NCBI GenBank assembly: GCA_034428795.1 | Contig: DAOUHF010000146.1 | Location: 7,197 to 71,196 of the forward strand | Origin: Dehalococcoidia bacterium | Lineage (GTDB): Bacteria > Chloroflexota > Dehalococcoidia > Lucifugimonadales > UBA3495 | Direction: 5' to 3' | DNA: 64,000 nt | Part shown: positions 27,835-35,992 of the stretch, piece by piece | Numbering within the stretch: position 1 is the stretch's first letter | How the letters are laid out: every line of letters begins with the position of its first letter | Made by a program: the position numbers and the translations under genes | The notes under the pieces: generated by a model | What the model saw: only the letters and a program-made list of their open reading frames with translations | What the model was told of the DNA's origin: nothing | Databases searched by the model: none

Positions 27835-28551
27835 TTACCGCCTCCGCCGGCGTCCGGGTATTCCCGGGTAGGTCCGTTCGGTAAGCACCCACTCCAAGCG
27901 CTCCTTGAGGGCGGTCACTTCTCCAGGTTCCAGTAATTCCACCAACTCCAGGAGGCTGCCGGTGACCTCGCCCGGCGGCCCCAGAAGCTGTGCACGTGTT
28001 TCCGTCAAACTGTCCAACAAGTCGCCGGGTATGGCCTCTCCGCCGAAGTCCCAAATGACCGTGCGGATTTTGATGTCCGAGTGAAACGTCAGGCCGTGGT
28101 CGATGCTCCACAGCTTGTCGCTTTCGTCGGCAATCAGGTGGTTGGCCTTGCGGTCGGTGCTGTTCGCCACCAGGTCGAAGCAGCAAACCACCTTGAGCTG
28201 AGGAGCGAAATCCGGGCTCAGATTGTAGTAGTTCTGCTTGGGGTCGTGCTCGATGAACTGCTGTACCGACCCGACGCCGTGGGGCCCGTCGCGGATGATG
28301 GTAAATGGGACCAGGTCCCAACCCAGATGGTTGCTGAGGAGATACGCGGCGTATTCCCGCTTGTAGAGCGAGCCCCGGGGAAAGTCCCACAACGGCGCTT
28401 CGCCGTCCCGCGGCTTGTAGATGGCCAGTTCCGACTGCCCGTCCAGCTCCACCATACACAGAAAGGTATAGTTGGAGCCCATGCGGGTCAGTTGGTAGGA
28501 GGTAATCTCGCCGCGGCGGATTACGTCTTGAATCTTGGTGTCGGCTGCCAA
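27835..28551 (-). CDS. SCO1664-family (PI3/4-kinase-like) protein
   Basis: GSNYTFLCMV...AIYKPRDGEAPLWDFPRGSLYKREYAAYLLS...NSTDRKANHLI...IDHGLTF. It is the usual neighbour of DUF3090. Confidence 0.7.
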   Translation of the reverse strand: MAADTKIQDVIRRGEITSYQLTRMGSNYTFLCMVELDGQSELAIYKPRDGEAPLWDFPRGSLYKREYAAYLLSNHLGWDLVPFTIIRDGPHGVGSVQQFIEHDPKQNYYNLSPDFAPQLKVVCCFDLVANSTDRKANHLIADESDKLWSIDHGLTFHSDIKIRTVIWDFGGEAIPGDLLDSLTETRAQLLGPPGEVTGSLLELVELLEPGEVTALKERLEWVLTERTYPGIPGRRRRR

Positions 28552-28577
28552 TGGTCCAAGAGCCTCACCCGCTTACC

Positions 28578-29108
28578 TTAACCGGCTTCCAGCACAGTGT
28601 GCCCGTTGGCCCTGGGGCAGGCGTGGCCGTCCGGATTGATGGGCTGCCCACACAGGAAACAGATGGGCCGGCCGGCGGCACAGATCTTCAGTGATTCGTC
28701 GAATAGGGCTTGGGCTTGGGGTAGAGTAATCCAAAAACTGACCGAATCCGGTTCTTCCGTTCCTTCTTCGGTCTCCCTTTCGTGGACCTCCAGATAGAAG
28801 GAGTTGGACTTGGCGTCGTGGCTGAGCATCATCTGCCCTGCCTTGAAGTCCAGGCTGGTTTCGCCGCTGGACCAGGATGCCTCTTTGGGGAAGCTTTCCC
28901 TGCCCTTGTCGTCGTCGGAGAGCCGCTCGACTAATTCTTTAAGGTAGACGCCCAGTTGCAGCAGTTGCTCTTTCTCCAACCAGACGGAGCAGAACCCCGG
29001 ACCGGCGTTCAAGTCCAACCTGAAGGTGCGCTGGCCGGGTTGACCAAGTGTGACCGGTTGAATGCTGGACAGGCCGCCCAGAGGGTACCGAACTTGTTTG
29101 GATTCCAT
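28578..29108 (-). CDS. DUF3090 domain protein
   Basis: GQPGQRTFRLDL...SVWLEKEQLLQLG and the C-terminal CAAGRPICFLCGQPINPDGHACPRANGH. ATG at 29108. Confidence 0.75.
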   Translation of the reverse strand: MESKQVRYPLGGLSSIQPVTLGQPGQRTFRLDLNAGPGFCSVWLEKEQLLQLGVYLKELVERLSDDDKGRESFPKEASWSSGETSLDFKAGQMMLSHDAKSNSFYLEVHERETEEGTEEPDSVSFWITLPQAQALFDESLKICAAGRPICFLCGQPINPDGHACPRANGHTVLEAG

Positions 29109-29224
29109 AGCCAATATGATAGTCACACCGATGCCCGTGTGGCAAGACTTTGATCGTATGCCTCGCGGCGCCGTTCGGCGGGCGCCGCAGACGGCCCCCA
29201 CGCTACAGACCGCCCTGGCGGGTA

Positions 29225-30751
29225 TCAGCCGACAATGCTGCGGGAGCGGTACTGGAGGGCTTCCGCCAAGTGCGCTACGGTGATGCCATCTGAAGAATCC
29301 AGGTCGGCGATGGTGCGTGATACTTTAAGGACCCGGTGGAACGCCCGCGCCGAAAGGTTGAGCCGCTGGGTGGCCGTTTGCAGAAGGGCCCTGGCCGAGT
29401 CGTCAAGCTGGCAGTGCTTCCATACCTCGGCGGGGCCCATCTCCGAGTTGCACAGAAATCCGGATTCCTGAAAGCGCTCGCGCTGCAACTCCCTGGCCTG
29501 CCCCACCCGCTGCCGGGGGCCGCTGGAGTCCTCCGAGGGAGTATCGTCTATCAATTTGTCGTATTCCACCGGGGGCACCTCTACGAATACATCCACCCGG
29601 TCCAAAAGCGGGCCGCTTATCCGTTTCTGGTAACGGTCGACGGCCGAAGGACTGCAGGTGCACTGCTTCCCCGGGTGGGAGTAGTACCCGCAAGGACAGG
29701 GATTCATGGCGGCGACCAGCATGAAGCTGGCCGGGTAGGTGACGGTCCCGCTCACCCGGCTGATGGTCACCACCTTGTCTTCCAACGGTTGCCGGAGCGA
29801 TTCCAGGGCGCTGTGGCTGAACTCGGGGAGCTCGTCCAGGAACAACACCCCTCGATGGCTCAGGGTGATCTCGCCGGGCCGCAAGGTGCGCCCCCCGCCG
29901 ACCAGCCCGGCGTTGGAAATGGTGTAGTGGGGAGACCGGAAGGGCCTCTTGAACACCAGCGGGTTCTCGGCCTGCAGCGCTCCTTTAACGCTGTAAATCT
30001 TGGTGACCTCCAATGCTTCCTGGGGCGCCATACGGGGCAGTATGGACGGCAGGCAACGGGCCAACAGGGTCTTGCCGCTGCCCGGCGGGCCGTTGAAAAG
30101 CAGGTTGTGGAAGCCCGCTGCCGCAACCTCCAAGGCGCGTTTGGCGTGCTCTTGCCCCCGCACGTGGGCCAAGTTCATCTGGTCTCGAACGTCGACGTCG
30201 CCGCACGCGGCCCAGCCGTCGCCGTTCATGGGTTGAATCTGTTCCTCCAACCTGAGGTGGCCGATCAGCCGGGCCAGGGAAGCCACCGGGTACACTTGGA
30301 GGTTCTCCACCAAAGAAGCCTCTTCGGCGTCCACCGCCGGAACGTACACTGAGTCGTATCCTTGATCCCGGGCCACCGACGCCATAGCCAGTATCCCGTT
30401 GGTGTGCCGCAGACTGCCGTCCAGCGACAACTCGCCCAAGAAAATCGCGCCGGGAGGCGCCGAATCAATCTGCCCGGAGCTCAGGAGCATCCCCACCGCG
30501 ATTGGCAGGTCGTAGGCTGGTCCCTCTTTCTTCAGATCGGCAGGCGCCAGGTTAACAGCGATGCGCTTCAAGGGAAATTCGCAGCCGCTGTTGCGCAGGG
30601 CGGCCCTGACCCGCTCCTTGGCTTCTTGGACCGCGGTATCGGGCAGCCCCACGATGTGGAAGGCAGGCAGGCCTGGGGAAATGTCGACTTCGACCTGTAC
30701 CACGAAGCCGTCCAGTCCTACGACGGCGCAGGTATGCGAATTGGCAAGCAC
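29225..30751 (-). CDS. comM: YifB/ComM-family Mg-chelatase-like AAA ATPase
   Basis: AVVGLDGFVVQVEVDISPGLPAFHIVGLPDTAVQEAKERV, GPPGSGKT, LFLDELPEF and the C-terminal ChlI-like domain. The GTG at 30751 is preceded by AAGGAG with an 8-nt spacing. Confidence 0.9.
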   Translation of the reverse strand: MLANSHTCAVVGLDGFVVQVEVDISPGLPAFHIVGLPDTAVQEAKERVRAALRNSGCEFPLKRIAVNLAPADLKKEGPAYDLPIAVGMLLSSGQIDSAPPGAIFLGELSLDGSLRHTNGILAMASVARDQGYDSVYVPAVDAEEASLVENLQVYPVASLARLIGHLRLEEQIQPMNGDGWAACGDVDVRDQMNLAHVRGQEHAKRALEVAAAGFHNLLFNGPPGSGKTLLARCLPSILPRMAPQEALEVTKIYSVKGALQAENPLVFKRPFRSPHYTISNAGLVGGGRTLRPGEITLSHRGVLFLDELPEFSHSALESLRQPLEDKVVTISRVSGTVTYPASFMLVAAMNPCPCGYYSHPGKQCTCSPSAVDRYQKRISGPLLDRVDVFVEVPPVEYDKLIDDTPSEDSSGPRQRVGQARELQRERFQESGFLCNSEMGPAEVWKHCQLDDSARALLQTATQRLNLSARAFHRVLKVSRTIADLDSSDGITVAHLAEALQYRSRSIVG

Positions 30752-30899
30752 GTTAGTCGCTCCTTGGCCTCGCGTTGGTTCCGGGGTTGGGTGACCGGGG
30801 ACCCGGCCAATATAGAACAATGGAAAAGCTCTCGCTACCAGCAACTGTCACCCCGATGTGTGACGGTGTGCCGCGTGTAGACCGGCCTTCCACATTATT

Positions 30900-30950
30900 G
30901 AGCGGCAACCGGGTTATCGAGCGGCAACCGGGTTATCGAGCCGCAACCGT
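30900..30950. repeat. 19-bp tandem repeat, 2.7 copies
   Basis: GAGCGGCAACCGGGTTATC occurs twice, followed by GAGCCGCAACCGT. It lies in the comM upstream region. Confidence 0.85.
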
Positions 30951-31104
30951 GGGGGACGCACGTCTCTCTTCCGGCCTTGGGGTCGACGGCGAAGGGCTGA
31001 GCGGTGATTGGGAGGAATTCCTGGCGGGGCGCCCGTCGGGCGGGGCCTGTTTTGCACCCCGGACGAAGCCAGGGCGACGCTGCGGGCCGGCCGGAACCGG
31101 AATC

Positions 31105-31917
31105 CTAGCGACCGGCTATCGTCATTTGCCGGAGGTCGTGGGCGAGGTCGATGCCCCCGGTATAAGACCGTGCCGCTTCCTCTCCAAGAGGTTGGGGGAC
31201 GGCGTGGTACGCGTCGGGGAAGTGGGTCAGCACGAGCCGCGACACCCTGGCATCGGCGGCGGCCTGGCCCGCCTCGCTGGCGGTGGAGTGGCCCCGGCTG
31301 TGAGCGAGTTCCGCGCCACCAACGCTGAAGGCCTCGTGTATCAGCAGGTCCGCGCCCTCCGCTGCTTTCACCAGTCCCGTGGAATACATGGTGTCCCCGG
31401 AAAACACTATGGAAATGCCGCCGGACTCGATGCGCCAACCCACCGCCCCCGCGATGTGGTCGACCGGGAATCGAAAGGCTGTCGTCCTTGGTCCCAGCTC
31501 GATTACGCGGCCTGGGCCGGTGGGACGCCAGTGCAAGACTTCGCGTCCTTGAGAGTTCCTGCCGAAATTGCCGGAAACGTCTGTTACGTTCAACTGCGAC
31601 TGCAAACAATACAACTTCACGCTTTCGAGCGTGTCGTCGCTGGCGTGAACTTTCAGCGGCGGTTTGTCGTCGCCGGATAACGCCCGCTCGAACTGGAGAA
31701 AGGCCAGTCCCGACATGTGGTCGCCGTGCGAGTGAGAAAGCAGCACGTTGTCGAATCCCAGCAGGTCTATATCGAGGAGCGCGGCGTTCCTCAACGCGGA
31801 GTTCCCGGAAGCGGCGTCAAGTAACACTCGCGTTCCATCGGGGCACTCCAAGGCAATCGCCGTATGGCTGCGAAGCCTGGAGCTGCCGGAACCGGTGCCT
31901 AGAAAGCTGATTTGCAT
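31105..31917 (-). CDS. MBL-fold metallo-hydrolase (RNase Z/BN-like)
   Basis: FLGTGSG..., LLSHSHGDHMSGL (HxHxDH) and a later His/Asp ligand region. Confidence 0.8.
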   Translation of the reverse strand: MQISFLGTGSGSSRLRSHTAIALECPDGTRVLLDAASGNSALRNAALLDIDLLGFDNVLLSHSHGDHMSGLAFLQFERALSGDDKPPLKVHASDDTLESVKLYCLQSQLNVTDVSGNFGRNSQGREVLHWRPTGPGRVIELGPRTTAFRFPVDHIAGAVGWRIESGGISIVFSGDTMYSTGLVKAAEGADLLIHEAFSVGGAELAHSRGHSTASEAGQAAADARVSRLVLTHFPDAYHAVPQPLGEEAARSYTGGIDLAHDLRQMTIAGR

Positions 31918-31930
31918 CGATCTCGTCGCT

Positions 31931-32335
31931 CTACCAGACGGTCTCGACCTGCGCCGATGCGGCGAGGGCGCCGTCCTTGGTCACCAAGGGGGCATCCAGG
32001 GCGACCGCCTCTGCCGCGACGAGGCGGTCGTGCATTTCAGGGATCTCCGGGAACAGGTCAAGTATTTCAAGCTGTGCCCGGCCCAAGTCGGACAGTTCCA
32101 CGCCGCTCACTCCGGTCAGTATGTCCAGCAGCGTGGCCGGCGCCACCGGTTGGCCGAGTTTTACCGATAGGTAATAGAATTCCGCAACCGTGATCGCGGG
32201 TACTACTATCGTGGCATTTTCCGTCTCGGCCAATCGGAAGACGGCGGACGCCGCCGCGGTGAGACGGTCGGGTGATCGGAGGTACCACCACAGCGCATGG
32301 GTGTCTACTACGAAACGGAGCGGCCTATTCAGCAC
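31931..32335 (-). CDS. vapC: PIN-domain toxin (VapC-like)
   Basis: FVVDTHALWWYL ... VPAITVAEF ... DRLVAAEAVALDAPLVTKD. Overlaps the upstream antitoxin gene by 11 nt. Confidence 0.8.
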   Translation of the reverse strand: MLNRPLRFVVDTHALWWYLRSPDRLTAAASAVFRLAETENATIVVPAITVAEFYYLSVKLGQPVAPATLLDILTGVSGVELSDLGRAQLEILDLFPEIPEMHDRLVAAEAVALDAPLVTKDGALAASAQVETVW

Positions 32336-32603
32336 CGCTGCTCTGCGCCTCGGCAGGCCCTGGGAGGCGCGGCTCCCAGAGAGATTTGGCTTCCACGAAG
32401 TCTTGGTAGCTGGCGTCAGGCAGGGAAGCCATGGAACCCCGGAGAGTCCGCAGTGAAGGCTTTTCTTCCTCGAATGGCTGTATTGGCGTCAGCTTGCCGC
32501 ATGGTTTGCCATGCCGGGTGATGGTTACTTCCTGTCCATATTCAAGGCTTCGAATTATTTCGCTGACCTTGGACTTAAATTCTCGAATACTGTATGTGAA
32601 CAT
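32325..32603 (-). CDS. Phd/YefM-type antitoxin
   Basis: MFTYSIREFKSKVSEIIRSLEYGQEVTITRHGKPCGKLTPI. Confidence 0.8.
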   Translation of the reverse strand: MFTYSIREFKSKVSEIIRSLEYGQEVTITRHGKPCGKLTPIQPFEEEKPSLRTLRGSMASLPDASYQDFVEAKSLWEPRLPGPAEAQSSGAE

Positions 32604-32670
32604 ATTACCCACGCAATGTGACCATAATAATCAGGATGGTGTGGTTACATTATAATAGAGGCGTTGACAC

Positions 32671-32770
32671 CCATAACGGTATTAGCTATCAAATGAGCGC
32701 CAGCGCCCCCATCCTAACCTTCCCCCCGATGGGGGAAGGGACTTGTTCAGATGTTTCCTAGGAATTGGGC
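32671..32770 (+). repeat. Leader-like repeat, copy A (65-nt core with hairpin plus a conserved TTGTTCAGATGTTTCCTAGG tail)
   Basis: Near-identical to the reverse complement of 46995-47078. Contains the hairpin CCTTCCCCC-CGAT-GGGGGAAGG and an ATG (32751) that opens only a 9-codon ORF. Confidence 0.85.
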
Positions 32771-32781
32771 AAGACTTTAAT

Positions 32782-33417
32782 TCATAATTTTAAGTTCTTG
32801 ATTCGTAATTCGAGAGAGTATTGACGCAGGGCTATGGTCAGGTCGCCGCGGGTGCGCTCCAGGATGCCGCGCATGGCGTCGGTGGTGCGGCGAAGCCCGC
32901 CGGTCACGGCTTCCGGGAAGTCCACGGTCACCAATACGCCGTAGATCTCGTCCATCAATTCCATCATTTCCTGGCAGCGTTCCACTTGGTCGCTGCGGAG
33001 CCGGTCGAGGATGTAGCGGCGCAACTCGCCGATGACCTCGGCCATGCCGTTCAGGTAGGACGACGGGTCGACGCCCAATTCTTCCATCCCGGGGAGCGGC
33101 CCGCCGGAAATGACGGCAAGGGTTACGTTGGCCTCGGTGAACTCCTTGCGAGCGTCGTTCATGAACCCAGCGTTATAGATGAGGGGATTGTCCTCCCGGA
33201 TGTGCTCGGCTTCCTTGAGCCGGGCGGCCCCTTTATGGACCAGGTCCCGTGCTTCTTCGAAGTCCGCCCGGTGCACCGCCCGGATGGCGTTGGCCGACAT
33301 CCGAACCACTTCCCTGGACACGGCCAGAGCTTGCTCACGGTCGCTGTTCCGGTCGTTGAGTTGGTCGATCGCCTGTTGGCCGATCTCCGAAAGGTCCGCG
33401 CTGTATTTGGTTGGCAT
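32782..33417 (-). CDS. Translin-family protein
   Basis: About 210 aa, all-helical. YLNGMAEVIGELRRYILD matches the translin/TRAX signature (yl.Gl.Dl.GEL.R) as I recall it. Confidence 0.55.
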   Translation of the reverse strand: MPTKYSADLSEIGQQAIDQLNDRNSDREQALAVSREVVRMSANAIRAVHRADFEEARDLVHKGAARLKEAEHIREDNPLIYNAGFMNDARKEFTEANVTLAVISGGPLPGMEELGVDPSSYLNGMAEVIGELRRYILDRLRSDQVERCQEMMELMDEIYGVLVTVDFPEAVTGGLRRTTDAMRGILERTRGDLTIALRQYSLELRIKNLKL

Positions 33418-34397
33418 TAAACTCTTCCCCCGGCGTTCTCGATAGCTTGTACCAGCCTGGCCGCCGCAGCTTCCGGCTCTCCGGCCAGCCCGACGGCTGC
33501 GGTGACGCAGATGGCGTCGGCGCCCGCTTCCACTACCGGTGTAACGTTGTCGGCCGTGATGCCCCCGATGGCGACCAAGGGCACGTGGGTCACTTCCCGG
33601 GCCGCGCGCAGCCGGTCCGGACCTTGAGGGGCGCGTCCACCGGGCTTGGTGCCCGTCTGGTAAATGGCCCCGAAGGCCACGTGGTCGGCGCCCATTTCTT
33701 GGGACTCGACCAGCAAGTCCAATTCCCGGTTGGACCGCCCCAGTACCTGGTGGGCCTGAAGCACCCGCCGTGCCTGGGCCACCGGAAGGTCGGTCTGGCC
33801 CACGTGCAATCCGGCGGAGCCCACGGCGGCCGCCAGATCGGCATGGTCGTTGATTATCAACTGGACGCCGTTGTTTTCACACAGGTCCTGGAGCGCCAAC
33901 GCCAACGGCAGCGTCTCGCCCTTGTCGTGGAGCTTGTCTCGCAGTTGGAGCATCCGGGCCCCTCCGTTGACCGCCGCCGTGGCAATATCCAGCGGCGCCC
34001 GGCCGGCGGTTACTTCAGGGTCGATGATGACGTACAACCCCCGGACCAAGGACGCCTTTTCGCGGCGGACGGCTGCGCCGAGTTGGGCCGACAGGTCGCT
34101 CAGACAATGGCGCAAGCGGGCTATGGTCTCCCATCCAACCGGGGTGGACGACTCGTTGGTTTCCAGATGAAGCAACAGGGCCAGCGTGGTTGCAACGAGG
34201 GCTACCGCCTGCTCGTTGTTTCGAGGCGGGGGGTCGGCGAGGTCGGCCAGTGCGGCGGGCGATGGCAGCGATGGCGCAATATCACGGAGGTCTTGCAGCG
34301 CGGGCACTGGTTCCGGCGCGGCCATCCCGGCGACTGCGGCCACGTAGTGAACGATGACGGAGTAATGGCTGTGCCCCGAGGGGGCCGGTGTGGTCAC
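33417..34397 (-). CDS. thiE: Thiamine-phosphate synthase with an unassigned N-terminal extension of about 115 aa
   Basis: LYVIIDPEV...GGARMLQLRDK...LIINDHADLAAAVGSAGLHVGQTDL...VAIGGIT. The GTG start overlaps the upstream stop (GTGA). Confidence 0.85.
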   Translation of the reverse strand: MTTPAPSGHSHYSVIVHYVAAVAGMAAPEPVPALQDLRDIAPSLPSPAALADLADPPPRNNEQAVALVATTLALLLHLETNESSTPVGWETIARLRHCLSDLSAQLGAAVRREKASLVRGLYVIIDPEVTAGRAPLDIATAAVNGGARMLQLRDKLHDKGETLPLALALQDLCENNGVQLIINDHADLAAAVGSAGLHVGQTDLPVAQARRVLQAHQVLGRSNRELDLLVESQEMGADHVAFGAIYQTGTKPGGRAPQGPDRLRAAREVTHVPLVAIGGITADNVTPVVEAGADAICVTAAVGLAGEPEAAAARLVQAIENAGGRV

Positions 34398-34735
34398 AGG
34401 TCCAGGCCCTTGGGGGTTTCGCCCTGCCGGGCCGCGTCAATGTTATCGCGCACCGACTGAGGCATATCCATGCCGTGCTTGGCGAAGGCATTCTCCACTC
34501 CCCGGCCAATGTTGCGCGGGTCCTGGTAGTACTCTGGAGAGCGGTGCTCGCTTCCGGAAGGGAAGGCTTCATGCACCGATGAGGTGGTCTTGCCCATGGC
34601 GAACGACGACATTCGCCGCTCCATGCAGGCGCTTTGGCAGTAGCCGCATACCGCGTTGACCTCGCCGCCAATGGACCTCACGAAGAAGGACGAGACCTTG
34701 CCGCAAGACTGGCAACGATATTCATATATTGGCAT
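34394..34735 (-). CDS. FmdB-family zinc-ribbon protein
   Basis: MPIYEYRCQSCGKVSSFFV...CGYCQS (CxxC_CxxC_SSSS type). Confidence 0.8.
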   Translation of the reverse strand: MPIYEYRCQSCGKVSSFFVRSIGGEVNAVCGYCQSACMERRMSSFAMGKTTSSVHEAFPSGSEHRSPEYYQDPRNIGRGVENAFAKHGMDMPQSVRDNIDAARQGETPKGLDL

Positions 34736-34756
34736 GTTCGCCCCCGAGTGACCGCC

Positions 34757-35074
34757 CTATGAGTCGGACGAGATTTCCTTGCGCATACGGTCGAAGTCGG
34801 CCGTGGTCTGTCCGCCCATCTCCTGTTGGATGCGTCCCATGTACTGGTCGATACTGGCCGCGCTATCCTCGTTCACGTCGCTCATCGTCTCCCGGTTGGG
34901 CGCCCAGTTGAGGCTGTCGCCCCACGACGCCCGGAACGAAAACCCGGACATCAGCCGTTGCATGTCGCCGCTGCCGCACTGGCTACATTCCGGCTGCTTG
35001 TCTGCCGACCAGCTATACACCAGGAAATTGCTCACCGATTGGCAGGCGGAGCAACGATATTCGTAGATGGGCAT
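34757..35074 (-). CDS. FmdB-family zinc-ribbon protein (tandem paralog)
   Basis: MPIYEYRCSACQSVSNFLV...CSQCGS. ATG at 35074. Confidence 0.8.
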   Translation of the reverse strand: MPIYEYRCSACQSVSNFLVYSWSADKQPECSQCGSGDMQRLMSGFSFRASWGDSLNWAPNRETMSDVNEDSAASIDQYMGRIQQEMGGQTTADFDRMRKEISSDS

Positions 35075-35182
35075 TCGCACCCTTCGCTGTCCGGATTTGA
35101 GCCGCACACCATTTTAGCATGGCCGTCACAATCCGTTTGCAGACGCCAATGACCGAAATCACCTTGCGAGGCAGGCCTGGGT

Positions 35183-35211
35183 TTGAGCAAGCCGCCGCCG
35201 CAATGTATAAT
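35183..35211 (+). promoter_or_regulatory. Candidate promoter of the Uma2 gene
   Basis: TTGAGC (35183-35188), a 17-nt spacer, then TATAAT (35206-35211) within TGTATAATGCGG. The same 12-mer occurs at polA. Confidence 0.45.
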
Positions 35212-35231
35212 GCGGGCTGATAGGAGTGTTT

Positions 35232-35828
35232 ATGGCGACGCTGAAACCGCGCACTGGAACACGGCTGTCCATCGAAGAGTTCCTGGAATTGCCTGATACG
35301 TTCGACAAGCGGAAGATGGAACTGGACGAGGGAGAGCTATACATAATGCCCAGACCGCGGACTGGTCACCAGTTTTTGCAACTTAAGATAGGCGGTTACT
35401 TCGACAGATACCTTGATGAATTCGATGATCCGCCAGCCGATTTGTTTCACGACGTTATCGTTGCCCTGTCGTTGGAAAGCCGCATCCTCTTGTCCCCAGA
35501 CCTTGTCATCGTCTTGCGAGGCAGCCCGGCCACAGTGAGCGACCGCATGGTCGAGGGCGCACCCGACATCGTGGTCGAAATACTCTCCACTGACCGTAGC
35601 CGTGACCTGGTCCGCAAGCGTCAACTCTACGCCGAAGCGGGTGTAAAGGAATATTGGATTTTTGACCCACGCTCTGACACCACTACGCTCCTGGAACTGC
35701 GGGGCGGCGAGTATGTGGAACGGGCCGTGCTGGATGCCAACGCTGCACTGACCACACCGCTGCTTCCCGGCCTTGTCATACCTCTGGCAGACGTATTCCA
35801 CCATCGCCGCCGCCCGGCGCGGGGTTAG
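35232..35828 (+). CDS. Uma2-family (DUF820) endonuclease
   Basis: LSIEEFLELP...MELDEGELYIMPRP...PDLVIV...PDIVVEILS...KRQLYAEAGVKEYWIFDP. The ATG is preceded by TAGGAG. Confidence 0.8.
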   Translation: MATLKPRTGTRLSIEEFLELPDTFDKRKMELDEGELYIMPRPRTGHQFLQLKIGGYFDRYLDEFDDPPADLFHDVIVALSLESRILLSPDLVIVLRGSPATVSDRMVEGAPDIVVEILSTDRSRDLVRKRQLYAEAGVKEYWIFDPRSDTTTLLELRGGEYVERAVLDANAALTTPLLPGLVIPLADVFHHRRRPARG

Positions 35829-35872
35829 GCCTGACCGTCGACCGGCCCCAGGTTGGCGCTTATAGCCTGTTT

Positions 35873-35950
35873 CCGCCAAGCCTGCGCTACCGGTTACCGC
35901 CAAGCCTGCGCCACCGGTTACCGCCAAGCCTGCGCCACCGGTTACCGCCA
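35873..35950. repeat. 24-bp tandem repeat, 3.25 copies
   Basis: CCGCCAAGCCTGCGC(T/C)ACCGGTTA three times, then CCGCCA. It ends directly at the TTGTATAATG of the polA promoter. Confidence 0.9.
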
Positions 35951-35953
35951 TTG

Positions 35954-35959
35954 TATAAT
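35954..35959 (+). promoter_or_regulatory. -10 box of polA (TATAAT)
   Basis: TATAAT lies 34 nt upstream of the ATG at 35993. The RBS GAGGTG is at 35982-35987. The TTG start in the ORF track (35951) lies inside this promoter element. Confidence 0.4.
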
Positions 35960-35992
35960 GCGGCTACCCAAGCCGACTGCCGAGGTGCCGCC

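Noticed and set aside
30900-30950. Tandem repeats here and at 35873-35950 and 63824-63856 were considered as mini CRISPR arrays.
   Set aside because: The units are contiguous with no unique spacers, the periods (11-24 bp) are too short and no cas genes are present.
35337-35951. 204-aa minus-strand ORF beginning MAVTGGAGLAVTGGAGLAVTGSAGL.
   Set aside because: Its repetitive N-terminus is simply the translation of the 24-bp tandem repeat, and the rest is antisense to the well-supported Uma2 gene.
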